64,000 nucleotides of DNA, taken from contig OZ245777.1 of assembly GCA_965227775.1 (NCBI GenBank), positions 544,001 to 608,000 on the forward strand, written 5' to 3'. Below, piece by piece: positions 27,529 to 37,825 of this stretch. A model generated the notes under the pieces. It saw nothing but the letters and a program-made list of their open reading frames with translations. It was not told where the DNA came from and searched no databases. Position 1 is the stretch's first letter. Each line of letters starts with the position of its first letter. Source of the DNA: Phycisphaerales bacterium. Lineage in GTDB: Bacteria > Planctomycetota > Phycisphaerae > Phycisphaerales > UBA1924. A program made the position numbers and the translations under genes.

Positions 27529-28686
27529 ATGCTGAGAGTGCTCGCGGGGTGTTGTCTGGCGATCGGCGTTGGGCTCACAACGCCCGGCGTCGCGTGGGCG
27601 CAGCAGGCTCAGGCCGTTGCCGAAGCGCCCGCGTGGAGCGCGGCGGTCGATCAGGCCGTGCGCGAAGAGATGGAGCGACAAGAGCTCGTGGGTGTCGCCA
27701 TCGGCGTAGTCCGCGAGGGACGCGTCGTGTACACCGCGGGCTTCGGGCTGGCGGATCGAGAAAACGAGGTGCCGGTCACCGATGACACGATGTTTCGCTG
27801 GGCGTCGATCTCCAAGCCCGTGACGGCCGTCGCCGCGATGCAACTCGTGGAGCGCGGCGAGCTCGACCTGCACGCCGACGTTCGAGACTACGTGACGGAG
27901 TTTCCCGACAAGGGGACGCCGATCACGACCGAGCAGTTGCTGAGCCACCTCAGCGGCATCGTGCATTACAGCAACGGGCCCGTGATCCGCCTGGCTCGCG
28001 AGTATGACTCACCGAATCCGTATGGGAGTGTGATTCTGGCTCTGGACCGCTTCTCGCCTTCGCCGCTGGTGAGCGAGCCGGGCGAGCGGTACAACTACAG
28101 CACGCACGCGTACATCCTGGCGAGCGCCGTCGTCGAGCGCGCAGGCAAGGGGACGTTCTGGGAGCAGGTGCAAGAACGCATCTGCGAGCCACTGGGGCTC
28201 GAGACGCTGCAGCCAGATTACCAGTGGATAGACATCCCGAACCGGGCCGTCGGCTATCGGAAGATCGGCGAACACGTGTTCAGGACCACGAACACCGACG
28301 TGAGCTGGAAGCTCGGCGGTGGTGGCTTCATCTCGAGCGTGCACGATCTGGCCCGCTTCGCGGCGGCGCTCATGAACCATGAGCTCGTCGGCGAGGCAAC
28401 CAGCCTCGACATGTGGACCGAGCGGCGCGATCGGGAGGGCGAGTCTCGGAACTATGGGCTTGGGCTGAACGTCTCACGCCCGAACGGGAATCTGCGCGTC
28501 GCCCACAACGGATCGCAAGAGAAAGCGCGCACGCGGATGGTGTTCTACCCCGAGCTGCGCCACGGCGTGGTCGTGATGAGCAACACCGAGCACGCCAATC
28601 AGGGCGCGATCACCACGGCGATCTATCGCGCGATCAATGCCTTTGACGCTGAGGCTGCTCAGAATCTCGAGAGCGTCGGCCCGTAG
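27529..28686 (+). CDS. Serine hydrolase, beta-lactamase/class-C-like family
   Basis: SxxK motif (WASISKP), LLSHLSG, PGERYNYST and HNG; signal peptide. Confidence 0.88.
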   Translation: MLRVLAGCCLAIGVGLTTPGVAWAQQAQAVAEAPAWSAAVDQAVREEMERQELVGVAIGVVREGRVVYTAGFGLADRENEVPVTDDTMFRWASISKPVTAVAAMQLVERGELDLHADVRDYVTEFPDKGTPITTEQLLSHLSGIVHYSNGPVIRLAREYDSPNPYGSVILALDRFSPSPLVSEPGERYNYSTHAYILASAVVERAGKGTFWEQVQERICEPLGLETLQPDYQWIDIPNRAVGYRKIGEHVFRTTNTDVSWKLGGGGFISSVHDLARFAAALMNHELVGEATSLDMWTERRDREGESRNYGLGLNVSRPNGNLRVAHNGSQEKARTRMVFYPELRHGVVVMSNTEHANQGAITTAIYRAINAFDAEAAQNLESVGP

Positions 28687-31301
28687 ATGATCGCGTTCAT
28701 CAGCAGACGCATGCCGGCGAGATGGAAGCCCCGGATGGTCACGTCGTCGGCAAAGACGATGACCGAACCGCTGCCGACGCGGTGATGGATGATGAACGGC
28801 TCGCCCGCCATGCGGTCCTGGTTCTCCTGGCTGACGGGGCCCGAGATGATGGGGCTGGTCTCGTCGTAGCGGGCAACCACGTAGGCGTCGTCTCGCATGG
28901 GCAGATCGCTCATGCCGCGCACGAGCACGCCCATCCAGCTCTGGTGATCTTGCAGGCCCGACGTGAGCGGGTGCGTGCGATCGAGCTGCGTGAGCGCCAT
29001 AGCGCCAGCGACGCGGCGGGCCACCGACGCGTCTTCGCGCTCGGCCCAGGACTTGGTGTTGGACTTGGGGCTGTCGTTGTCTTCGCGATCGCTACGCTCG
29101 GCGCCGGCGATCTCACGGAGCGCCCACCCCGCGGCACCGTCACTTGCGACCACCGCACCACCCCTGCGAATCCAGCGGCTGATGTTCTCCGTCGCGCTGC
29201 TGGAAAGGCCGCCCATGGATGGCAGCACGATGACGCTGTAGTCGCTCAGGTCCGTGCGGCCCAGATCTCCCGAATCAACTCGTGAGTAGGGGAACGGGAA
29301 CGTGATGTCGAGCATGTGCCAGTGCTGGCCCGCGCTCAGGCTGCTGGTACTCGGACCCGTGACCAGCAGGACCTTGGGCAGGCGCATGATGGGGTTGGCG
29401 TTGTTGCCCAGCATCGGGCCGCTGGTGGTAAAGCCCTCGCTGGCGCGGTGCACGCTGACTCCGCTGGCCAGCACGTCGCGCACGAATGCTTCCAGATCTC
29501 GATCCGGGTTGCGGATGAGGTGCACGAGCAGGCTGCCGCGGGCGAAGGTCTTGCCGTCGACCTCCACGGCATCCCCCAGCAATCGGCAGAAGATGTCGTG
29601 TTCGACGGCGTGCCCCACCGCGACGGGGAAGTTATGGTGGCTCGAATCGATGAGCAGCGCCACACCCCCATTGCCGGTGATCCTCGCGGTCGGCGGGGCG
29701 AAGCGGGTCACCGGCTCGGTCGCGGCATCGAGGAACTCATCGCTCAGCCAGGCATGCACACCGAAGCTGATCGGCAGGCTCCACGCGGTGATGTCGTAGG
29801 TATCGGGATCTTCCACCGCGGTCACGCGCTCGAACATCGTGCGCACGAGGGCGGACATGGGCTGGCGAGCGTCGATGATCCACGTGCCCTCGGGCAACTC
29901 GAGATCGTCGACGACCTCGCCCGTGTCGTAGGTCATGAACTTGCCGGTGGTCAGGCCCTCGGTCAAGCGTTCGACCTCGATGCCGTGCATGAGGCAGAAG
30001 TCCCAGACCTTCTTGAGCACGGCCGGGTCGTTGTCTGCCGAGATGGCAAAGGCGCGCGGGCCCGGGCCGTCACCATTGGCGCCCTCGGCCCAGAACCTCG
30101 CGAATCGCTCGAGCTGGCCCTGGCGGTTCTCGGCAGTCACCTCGGCGTAGTTCATCGCCGTCACGAAGTGGTCGCGCACGCGCTCGGGGAGGGTCAGGAT
30201 GTACTGATCGCTGACGCGGATGCCCAGGCCCGCGCGCCCGTGGCCAGCCTTCTCGAGCAGCAGGCCGATGGCGCCGTGGTAGACCGGCAGCACCTTGCCG
30301 TAACCGGGGTAGAGGTAGTCGAAGCGCTCCCGGGTGGCGTACACGATGCCGCTCTCGTCGAAGGCCTCGGCGTTAGCGCGCCCGTAGAGGGCGATCCAGT
30401 CCTTGGTTTCCTGCGAGATGTTCTTGTTGTAAGGCGTTGCGCCCTCACCGAAGAAATAGGGGCTGGTGAAGCCCTGCTCGTGGTAGTCGAGGTGGAGCTG
30501 CGGCAGGTAGCGCCGCATGGCGGCCAGACGGCCGCGGCTCTCGGGGTGCACGCCCCAGACGAGGTCGCGGTTGAGGTCGAAAAGGTAGTGGTTGCTGCGC
30601 CCGCTGGGCCAGGGCTCCTGGTGCTCGAAGGCGTCGGGGTTGGGATCGGGCGCGATGCCCATGGCGTTCTCGTACCACGCCACGTAGCGCATCTGGCCGT
30701 CCGGGTTCACCTGGGGATCGATGACGATCACGCACTCATCGAGGATGTCGGCGACCTCTTGGTTGGTCGCGGCGGCGAGCGTGTAGGCAAACTGCATCGA
30801 GATTTCGCCACAGCTTGCCTCGTTGCCGTGCACGCCGAAGCTATACCAGATGATCGCGGGATTGCTCTCAACAATCTCGTCGCGTCGCGCTGCGCTGAGA
30901 TTCTCGGGGTCGCGCAGTTCGGCGTTGGCGGCGAGGATCTCGTCGAGTCGCTCGAGGTTTTCGGGGCTGGAGATCGTGAGCGTCACGAGGGGGCGATCCT
31001 GATGAGACCGGCCGTGCTCGGCGTACCGCACGCGATCGCTCGCCTCGGCCAGCGCCTTGCAAAAGGCAACGCGGTCGTGGTGCCGCGTGAAGCGCTCACC
31101 AACTTTGTACCCCAGCGTTCCCTCTGGCGTGGGAATCGCTGGATCGAACCGCAACCCGTCGAAGTACTCGTACGGCACGTCTGCGTTGGGCGAGACGTCG
31201 CTGGCGCCGAGCGTTCCCTGCGCCGCGGCGCTGGGCGTGATGGCGAGTGGAGTAAGCACGCACACGGACAGACCCAGCACACAAGCGGCGATTGCACGCA
31301 T
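28659..31301 (-). CDS. M14 family zinc carboxypeptidase, secreted
   Basis: GVHGNE (HxxE), NPDG, GRSNHYLFDLNRD and DYHEQ motifs. Confidence 0.88.
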   Translation of the reverse strand: MRAIAACVLGLSVCVLTPLAITPSAAAQGTLGASDVSPNADVPYEYFDGLRFDPAIPTPEGTLGYKVGERFTRHHDRVAFCKALAEASDRVRYAEHGRSHQDRPLVTLTISSPENLERLDEILAANAELRDPENLSAARRDEIVESNPAIIWYSFGVHGNEASCGEISMQFAYTLAAATNQEVADILDECVIVIDPQVNPDGQMRYVAWYENAMGIAPDPNPDAFEHQEPWPSGRSNHYLFDLNRDLVWGVHPESRGRLAAMRRYLPQLHLDYHEQGFTSPYFFGEGATPYNKNISQETKDWIALYGRANAEAFDESGIVYATRERFDYLYPGYGKVLPVYHGAIGLLLEKAGHGRAGLGIRVSDQYILTLPERVRDHFVTAMNYAEVTAENRQGQLERFARFWAEGANGDGPGPRAFAISADNDPAVLKKVWDFCLMHGIEVERLTEGLTTGKFMTYDTGEVVDDLELPEGTWIIDARQPMSALVRTMFERVTAVEDPDTYDITAWSLPISFGVHAWLSDEFLDAATEPVTRFAPPTARITGNGGVALLIDSSHHNFPVAVGHAVEHDIFCRLLGDAVEVDGKTFARGSLLVHLIRNPDRDLEAFVRDVLASGVSVHRASEGFTTSGPMLGNNANPIMRLPKVLLVTGPSTSSLSAGQHWHMLDITFPFPYSRVDSGDLGRTDLSDYSVIVLPSMGGLSSSATENISRWIRRGGAVVASDGAAGWALREIAGAERSDREDNDSPKSNTKSWAEREDASVARRVAGAMALTQLDRTHPLTSGLQDHQSWMGVLVRGMSDLPMRDDAYVVARYDETSPIISGPVSQENQDRMAGEPFIIHHRVGSGSVIVFADDVTIRGFHLAGMRLLMNAIIYGPTLSRF

Positions 31302-31344
31302 CCGACATCTCCTCAGGCGAGCGCTTTTGGCTCGTCACGAATCA

Positions 31345-32223
31345 TCAACCCACACCGGCCTCAACCGCCGCACCCACGGGCGGCGATGGCGGGCCATCGG
31401 TGGGCGGCAGCCGCAGGTATCGCGCCAGCCACCTGGAACCAATATAGAACGGCACGGTGTCCACCAACGCCGCGAAGAGCTTGAAAGCGTACCCGGTGGC
31501 CACGAAGAGCAGCAGTTGCGGGGCGATGGCGCGGCTCTCATCGACCGGTAACCCGTTGGCGATGAAGTACGTGATGAGGATTACCGCCACGGTGTCAACA
31601 AGCTGGCTGACCAGCGTGCTGCCGTTGTTTCGCAGCCAGAGGTGCTTGCCGCCCGTCAATCGCTTCCAGAAGTGGAAGACCTGGACGTCGACGAGCTGGG
31701 CCACGAGGTAGGCGATCATGGAGGCGAGCACTGCGGCGAACGCCAGCGAGCGGACCTCGAAGAACACCGGCACGCGGCCGGCGGCGTCCTTCATCAGTTC
31801 GCCGGTCTGTGGGTCGATCTGCTCGAAGCCCGGCAGTATGCCGCCGAGCCAGAGCACGCCGATGACCCACAGGTTGACCACGAGCCCCATCCATACCACG
31901 GCATTCGCGCGCCGGCGGCCATACAGCTCGCTGATGAAGTCGGTGCACAAGAAGGTGATGGGGTAGGGCAACACGCCCACCGCGACGGCGAAGGTGAGCG
32001 TGAGCGGATCGGGGCCCGAGCCGACGCTGACCTCGCCCAGCTTGATGAAGCGGCTGATGCCCAGGATGTTGAGCATGGCCAGCGATGCGAGAAACAACCC
32101 GGCGAGCACCAGGAACACGCCCTCGCGCCGGCGGTAGAGCGTGGCCTCGTCGAGTTCGGCCAAGCCGTCGTAGGCGTGCTGCTGGCTGGGCAGCGTGGCG
32201 CGGGTTTCGTCGGGCTTACCCAT
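31345..32223 (-). CDS. Queuosine precursor transporter (YhhQ/VUT family)
   Basis: YPITFLCTDFISELYG, ASMIAYLVAQLVDV and LWLRNNGSTLVSQLVDT motifs. Confidence 0.9.
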   Translation of the reverse strand: MGKPDETRATLPSQQHAYDGLAELDEATLYRRREGVFLVLAGLFLASLAMLNILGISRFIKLGEVSVGSGPDPLTLTFAVAVGVLPYPITFLCTDFISELYGRRRANAVVWMGLVVNLWVIGVLWLGGILPGFEQIDPQTGELMKDAAGRVPVFFEVRSLAFAAVLASMIAYLVAQLVDVQVFHFWKRLTGGKHLWLRNNGSTLVSQLVDTVAVILITYFIANGLPVDESRAIAPQLLLFVATGYAFKLFAALVDTVPFYIGSRWLARYLRLPPTDGPPSPPVGAAVEAGVG

Positions 32224-32310
32224 GACTCGGGACGATAGCAAACACCGAATGGCCCGGAAGCGGGTCGTAGAGCGGGGCAGGCACAAACCCCATCCGCCTA
32301 GCATCGCGGC

Positions 32311-32943
32311 GTGAGCACCACTGCCAACCAAGCCCGAAACGCTGCCAAGGACGCCAAGGCCGCACCCGAGTTTGGGCCCGCCCCTGTGGGCCTGGCGGCC
32401 GCGTTCGAGGCCATCTTGCTGGCAGCGGGCAGGGCCGTGCCCGCAGATGCGGCGTGGGAGGCTCTCTCTCTGCGAGAGGGTGCGGCTGAATTCGCAGGTG
32501 ATGCCTCGGCAAAGGACACCATCGAGGCGCTCGCACAGCAGTTGAACGACGAGCTCGAAGCAGCCGGGCGGCCGGCGCGCGCCGAGCGGCTCGCGGGCGG
32601 GTATCGCCTGATGGTGGCGCCCGAGTTTAGCGCCGTGGTCGCGACGTTTGACCGCAACCGCCAGAGCACCAAGCTCAGCCGGGCGAGCATCGAGACGCTC
32701 TCGATCATCGCCTACCGCCAGCCGATCACGCGAGCCCAGATCGAGGCCATCCGCGGTGTGGCGTGCGGCGAGGTATTGCGGAGCCTGCTGGAGCGCAAGC
32801 TGATCGTCATCAAGGGCCGGGCCGAAGAGGTCGGCCGGCCGATCCTGTACGGCACGACGCCGCAGTTCCTCGAGCTTTTTGGGCTCGCGAGTTTGAAAGA
32901 CTTGCCCGGTGCCGCGGGAGCGATCAAGACGAACGAGTCATAG
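32311..32943 (+). CDS. scpB: SMC-ScpAB complex subunit ScpB
   Basis: LSRASIETLSIIAYRQPITRAQIEAIRGV...GRPILYGTTPQFLELFGL motif. Confidence 0.93.
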   Translation: MSTTANQARNAAKDAKAAPEFGPAPVGLAAAFEAILLAAGRAVPADAAWEALSLREGAAEFAGDASAKDTIEALAQQLNDELEAAGRPARAERLAGGYRLMVAPEFSAVVATFDRNRQSTKLSRASIETLSIIAYRQPITRAQIEAIRGVACGEVLRSLLERKLIVIKGRAEEVGRPILYGTTPQFLELFGLASLKDLPGAAGAIKTNES

Positions 32944-32990
32944 ACGGCGCGCACGGACGCGACGAACGCCCTCCACGAAGGAGACCGACC

Positions 32991-33449
32991 ATGACAACCC
33001 AAGCCCGCGTGCTCTTACTCAGCGTGGTGGCGTTGGCCGCCGTGATCTTGCCAGGCTGCCAGACCCCCAGGCTCGAGGGCGTGGTGATCCCCGGCCCGCT
33101 TGGCGTGGTGGCGGTGATCGATCGCGACGATACGAGGCTCGATCAAGTGGGTATTCCCGATGCGCGCGTTCGCGTGAGCCTGACGGGCAATGGGCGGATG
33201 CTGGTCAACACCACCACCGACGAGGAGGGCCGCTTCAGCGTGCCCACGAGTGGCGAGCAGATGGCGCGCGGCACCGTGCGCGTGATCGTGGAGGCCGAGG
33301 GCTACGCGCGCATCGACAAGACCGTGCCGCTGCGGAGCTTTGGCCGATCGCTCTACATCACGATGGTGCAGCGGTCGGGATCGGCGCGTTCTGAAGATGA
33401 CACCGCCGGAGCCGATGCCGGCGAAGATGACGCGGGGACGCCCGGCTGA
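32991..33449 (+). CDS. Lipoprotein with carboxypeptidase-regulatory-like (prealbumin-fold) domain
   Basis: Lipobox LPGC; GIPDARVRV...TTTDEEGRF...VEAEGY. Confidence 0.65.
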   Translation: MTTQARVLLLSVVALAAVILPGCQTPRLEGVVIPGPLGVVAVIDRDDTRLDQVGIPDARVRVSLTGNGRMLVNTTTDEEGRFSVPTSGEQMARGTVRVIVEAEGYARIDKTVPLRSFGRSLYITMVQRSGSARSEDDTAGADAGEDDAGTPG

Positions 33450-34585
33450 GCGCCAAGCGGACCAAGCCAGCCCGACCGACCCGGCGCTACCACCTGCACC
33501 TGCCGGGCGTGGCGTACGTCATCGTGACCGCCTTCGTGCTGCTCGGGGCGATCAACAGCCAAAACAACTTGCTCTTCTGGGCGCTGGGGCTCGCGATCGG
33601 CGGGCTGTTGGCGTCGGGCTTTGTGAGCGGGGCATCCCTGCTGGGCGTTGCCGTCGAGCGAGAGGTCGTGCCCGAGGCGCAGGTCGGGCGGCCGTTCCAG
33701 ATCCGCTACCGGGTGAGGAACCGCAACCGGCTGATGCCGGCGTACGCGCTGCTCGTCGAAGAGCTGCCGCCCAAGGGCGTGGCGCGCAAGGACGGGGTGC
33801 TGGTCGGCAAGCCTGTGGCGAGCATCGGGCGCGTGCCGCCCAGGCGTGTCGTTCGGTGCGAGACCAGCGCGCTTGTCGAGCGGCGCGGGCCTTTCGAGCT
33901 CTCCCGTGTTCGGGTGAGCACGACGTTCCCTTTCGGTGTGGCGCGCAAGAGTGTGACCTTCGACCTGACCCAGCCCGCGCTCGCGACGCCCGCCGTGCAC
34001 CGCTTGCGCAGCGATGTGGTCGAGACGATCCTGCAGCCCACGCACGACGGGACGGAAGCGATCGCCAGCCCGGGAGCAGGCGAGGACTTCTTCGGTGTGC
34101 GGGAGTATCGCGTGGGCGATCGCGTTCGCGACGTAAGCTGGCGCCTCTCTGCACGCAGCGACACGCTCGTGGTCACCCAGCGTTCGGCCCGGGCGCCGAG
34201 GCACCTCGTGCTGCACCTCGACCTCGATCCCGAACTCGCTAAGGCGCGCGACCCGCGAGCGGAACAACTGCTGAGCCTTGCCGCTTCGTTTGTTGTGGAA
34301 GCGGGCCGGCGAGCAATCTCTGTACGCCTGAGCATCCCGAGCGTTGGGCTGTCCAGCGGCGCCGTGACCACGCCGGCTGGCCGGGCGGGTTTGCTGCGGC
34401 GGCTTGGTACACACGGATTCTCAGGGGCTACCCCTCATGAGGGTCCGAAGCCGACGGCCCGATTTGGCGCCGTGGTGTTGACCCTGACGCGCGGGCCGAC
34501 GACTGGTGGGGTGCACACGCTGAGCGGCGAGGATCTGCCTCGCCTCAGAGCCGAACCTGACAAGGAACCGCACCGAAGCAGTTGA
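33446..34585 (+). CDS. DUF58 domain protein (probable CTG start at 33446; first GTG at 33509)
   Basis: AINSQNNLL, TTFPFG and DFFGVREYRVGDRVRDVSWRLSAR motifs; precedes a transglutaminase-family gene. Confidence 0.85.
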   Translation: MSAKRTKPARPTRRYHLHLPGVAYVIVTAFVLLGAINSQNNLLFWALGLAIGGLLASGFVSGASLLGVAVEREVVPEAQVGRPFQIRYRVRNRNRLMPAYALLVEELPPKGVARKDGVLVGKPVASIGRVPPRRVVRCETSALVERRGPFELSRVRVSTTFPFGVARKSVTFDLTQPALATPAVHRLRSDVVETILQPTHDGTEAIASPGAGEDFFGVREYRVGDRVRDVSWRLSARSDTLVVTQRSARAPRHLVLHLDLDPELAKARDPRAEQLLSLAASFVVEAGRRAISVRLSIPSVGLSSGAVTTPAGRAGLLRRLGTHGFSGATPHEGPKPTARFGAVVLTLTRGPTTGGVHTLSGEDLPRLRAEPDKEPHRSS

Positions 34586-34613
34586 GTACGCCGAACCCGC
34601 ACCGAGCCCTTGC

Positions 34614-36812
34614 ATGACCCTTGAACGATCCCTGCGACTGGCGCTGATCTGGACGGCGCTGCTGGCCATCGCGATCTATGCGATTGCGGCGGAGTCGCTG
34701 ATGGTCGCGATCCTGGGGATGCCCAGCGCGTGGCTGTGCTGGTGGGCGGCCAATCAGCCATGGGGCCCGCGGGTGCCGCGGATGCTCATCAACGCGGTGC
34801 TGCTCATCGTGGTGGCGCTGGGGCTTGGGCTCGCGTCGCTTGACGGCCAGTTCAATGTCGAGCGCATCGCCGAGATGCTGGCCTCGCTGCTGGTGATCAA
34901 GCTGTTCGATCGGCGGACGGCCCGTGATGCTGCCGAAGTGCTGGCGCTGTCGGTGTTCCTCGTCTTTGGCGCCATCCTTACGAGCCTGAAGCTGAGCGTG
35001 GGCGTGACGTTGCTGGTATTCTGCCCGCTGCTTGTGTGGGCGGCGCTGGTGCAGCAGGTGGTAGCGACCGACGAGCGGGTCGCGTCGTACCAGGAGTCGA
35101 TCGGCGTCACACGGCGGCGTTTGCGCCAGGGCGGGGCGATGTCGCGCGGTTTGCGCCGGATGACCGGGCTGCTGACGATCTCCGCTTCGCTGATCGCGGC
35201 GGCGGTGTTCGTGCTGGTGCCGCGCGGGCTGGCGCCCAGCTTTTTGGGTGACTTTGGCAGCGAGGGCGGCTCGGTCACCGGATACACCGAGACGGTGGAG
35301 CTCGGTCGTGCCGGGTTAATCTCCGAGAGCCAGCAGAAGGTGCTCGACCTGCGCGTTACCGATCGCTCGGGTGGCAACATGGGTTCATCCGGGCGCACGT
35401 ATTACCTTCGCGGGGCGGTGCTCGATAGGTACGAGAACAGACGCTGGACGCGCGAGCGTCGGCGGCAGGACTTCGTCGAACTCGAGACCTCGCCGGAGCT
35501 CACAGTTGAGACGGGCATGACGCAGTCGCGCGCCGTGGTTCGGCAAGAGATCTCGCTCCGCGAGCCGCCGGCTCGTGGATCGGTGCTCTTCGCGATCCAG
35601 GAGCCGTTCCAGTGGGAGTTTGCCGAACCGCTGGAGTTCTTGCTGCACCGCGACCACGGGACGCTGCGGCTTGAAGACGCTGCCAGAGCGCAGAGCTATG
35701 TCGTGCTTTCGGGGTTGCCGGGCGTGCGCGTCGAGGGCAATCGGCCGCCCGTGGCCGTGGATCCAGATGATCTGGTAGATTTCGACAGCGACACCATCCG
35801 CGGTATCACGCAGGGCGTGCTACGAGAAGCCGGGCTCGTGGCCGATCGCGTGCCGCGTAGCCCGACGGAGATCGCCAGCGCGACAAGGGCGATCCGCGAC
35901 TACCTCGGTGGCTTCGAGTACACGCTCGACATCCTGCGCGCCGAAGGCGACCCGATCGAGTGGTTTCTCTCTGAGGACGGTCGGCGGGGGCATTGCGAGT
36001 ACTTCGCCTCGGCCATGGTCGCGATGTGTCGCACGGTGGGCATCAACGCCCGGCTCGTGACCGGTTACGTTGCGATGGAGTACAACGACGCCACGTCGCA
36101 GTACACCGTGCGCGAGAGCAACGCGCACGCGTGGGTAGAGGTCGAGCATGCCCCTGGGCAGTGGCGCCGCCACGACCCGACGCCGCCAGCGGATCTGGAG
36201 CGCGTGCACGCGCCGGACACGAGCCTCGCGTCGATGGCGCGGCGCTGGTTCGACGCATTGGAGTTCTTCTGGGTTGACTCGGTGGTGAGCTTTGATCGAG
36301 GCTCGCAGCGCCGCGTGCTGGGGTCGGACGAATCGAGGAGCGAGCCTCAGATTGCGGCGCTGGAGTCCATCGCGGAATTCGTGGACCGCGCACGGGCATC
36401 GGGCACGGCAGGCATCGTGCAGGCCGTGCTGGCCGGGGCGATGGCGTTTACGGGCGTGCTCGTGATCACCATCCTCGCGCAGTCGTTCTTCCGCAATCTC
36501 GGAATCGGCGGTGGACGCGGGCCGAGGGTGCGCATCTTGGGCGGCACGCGGGACGTGGGCGAGTACTTGCTTCGCGTGCTGGACAAGGCCGGGCACCCCA
36601 AGCCGGGCTGGAAGCCGCTGCTCGCGCACGTGGAGGGAATACCGACGAACGGCGAGGGTCGTGGCTTCTCGGACGTGGTGGATCGGCTTTATCAGGCCCG
36701 CTTCGGCGGGCGGCCGCTGAGCGCGCAGGAGGCCCAGGACCTACGGCGAGACATCGCCCTGGCCGTCGACCGGCTCAACGAGGCCAAGGACGGCGGGCCT
36801 GCCCCGGGCTGA
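34614..36812 (+). CDS. TgpA-like membrane transglutaminase-family protein (DUF3488 + TG domain)
   Basis: N-terminal multi-TM region; YYLRGAVLD; catalytic RRGHCEYFASAM, NAHAWVEV and DPTP. Confidence 0.88.
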   Translation: MTLERSLRLALIWTALLAIAIYAIAAESLMVAILGMPSAWLCWWAANQPWGPRVPRMLINAVLLIVVALGLGLASLDGQFNVERIAEMLASLLVIKLFDRRTARDAAEVLALSVFLVFGAILTSLKLSVGVTLLVFCPLLVWAALVQQVVATDERVASYQESIGVTRRRLRQGGAMSRGLRRMTGLLTISASLIAAAVFVLVPRGLAPSFLGDFGSEGGSVTGYTETVELGRAGLISESQQKVLDLRVTDRSGGNMGSSGRTYYLRGAVLDRYENRRWTRERRRQDFVELETSPELTVETGMTQSRAVVRQEISLREPPARGSVLFAIQEPFQWEFAEPLEFLLHRDHGTLRLEDAARAQSYVVLSGLPGVRVEGNRPPVAVDPDDLVDFDSDTIRGITQGVLREAGLVADRVPRSPTEIASATRAIRDYLGGFEYTLDILRAEGDPIEWFLSEDGRRGHCEYFASAMVAMCRTVGINARLVTGYVAMEYNDATSQYTVRESNAHAWVEVEHAPGQWRRHDPTPPADLERVHAPDTSLASMARRWFDALEFFWVDSVVSFDRGSQRRVLGSDESRSEPQIAALESIAEFVDRARASGTAGIVQAVLAGAMAFTGVLVITILAQSFFRNLGIGGGRGPRVRILGGTRDVGEYLLRVLDKAGHPKPGWKPLLAHVEGIPTNGEGRGFSDVVDRLYQARFGGRPLSAQEAQDLRRDIALAVDRLNEAKDGGPAPG

Positions 36813-36879
36813 AGTCGCGCTCGGATTCGCTCGATATGGGTCGTGGTGGCCGAATGCCGGCCGAAGCCGGAGACCCAGC

Positions 36880-37731
36880 ATGAATACCAACCGATCCCGC
36901 ACTGAGCGTTGGCGCGACTGCCTGTGCCAGATCCGCGACCGTGGTGGCTCGCTTGAGGTGAGCGTCGACGTGGGCGACTCGTCGGCCATGGGCATGGCCA
37001 ACCTCGTGTGGCGTGTTCGGTTGATGGCCATCGATGACGAGCGGCTCGTGCTCGAGCAACCCGTGGCGCTTGGCCAGACCATGCGGCTGGAACCCGGGCT
37101 TGGCTTGATCGTCGCGATGTCGATCGGGCAGAACCGCTGGATGTTCCGCACGCGGTCGATCGAACCCTCTGCCGGTGACATGCGCGGGCTGCTGCACATC
37201 GCGGCGCCCACGCTGGTGGAGCGTTGCCAGCGGCGGAACTTCTTCCGCGCGACCACGGCAGGGTTCAACCTGCCACTGGTGCAGGGCTGGCGGTTGGTCG
37301 ACGCCGAGACGGCGGTGGCGGCCGAAGTCGCCAGCCGCATCCCGTTCGAGGATGACTCGCCAGTGGGATCGAAGACCGGCGGGCTGGAGGCACCGATCGC
37401 GTTGATGCCCGAGGTAGCCGGCGCGTTCCAGGGACAGTTGGTGAACGTTGGTGGCGGAGGCGCGGGTCTGATCGTGCCGCCGGCGTCGCGGCCGGGGTTC
37501 GATTCCAGCGGCCGCTACTGGCTGCGGCTCGCGCTGGGCAACGACATGCCCGGACCGCTCGCCGTGACGGCCCGGTGCGTGCACCAGCACCTGGACAGCT
37601 CGCAGAACCTGCACCTGGGCTTTGCGTTCGATTTCTCGCTGCACGCCGAGCACCGCGACTTCATCGTTCGGCAGATTACAGGGTACGTCGAGCGTGTCAC
37701 GGGCATGCAGCGTGCCCGGCAGGCTGGCTAG
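36880..37731 (+). CDS. YcgR/PilZ-like c-di-GMP-binding protein
   Basis: RxxxR motif (QRRNFFR) followed by a D/NxSxxG-like NVGGGG. Confidence 0.7.
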   Translation: MNTNRSRTERWRDCLCQIRDRGGSLEVSVDVGDSSAMGMANLVWRVRLMAIDDERLVLEQPVALGQTMRLEPGLGLIVAMSIGQNRWMFRTRSIEPSAGDMRGLLHIAAPTLVERCQRRNFFRATTAGFNLPLVQGWRLVDAETAVAAEVASRIPFEDDSPVGSKTGGLEAPIALMPEVAGAFQGQLVNVGGGGAGLIVPPASRPGFDSSGRYWLRLALGNDMPGPLAVTARCVHQHLDSSQNLHLGFAFDFSLHAEHRDFIVRQITGYVERVTGMQRARQAG

Positions 37732-37810
37732 ACCGGCTTTCTTAGAATCGTTCTCAATGCAATGGCAGGGTGATGACTACGTAAAGATCGCAACCACGCG
37801 ATCAGGTTTC

Positions 37811-37819
37811 TGCTATAGT
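37811..37819 (+). promoter_or_regulatory. Extended -10 element upstream of the structured RNA and rny
   Basis: TGcTATAGT about 7 nt before the start of the long closing stem. Confidence 0.5.
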
Positions 37820-37825
37820 CGTGAG

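Noticed and set aside
27529..28686. Bona fide beta-lactam resistance gene
   Set aside because: SxxK-fold hydrolases are mostly esterases or peptidases. The second motif is YST and the third is HNG rather than the class C YxN and KTG.
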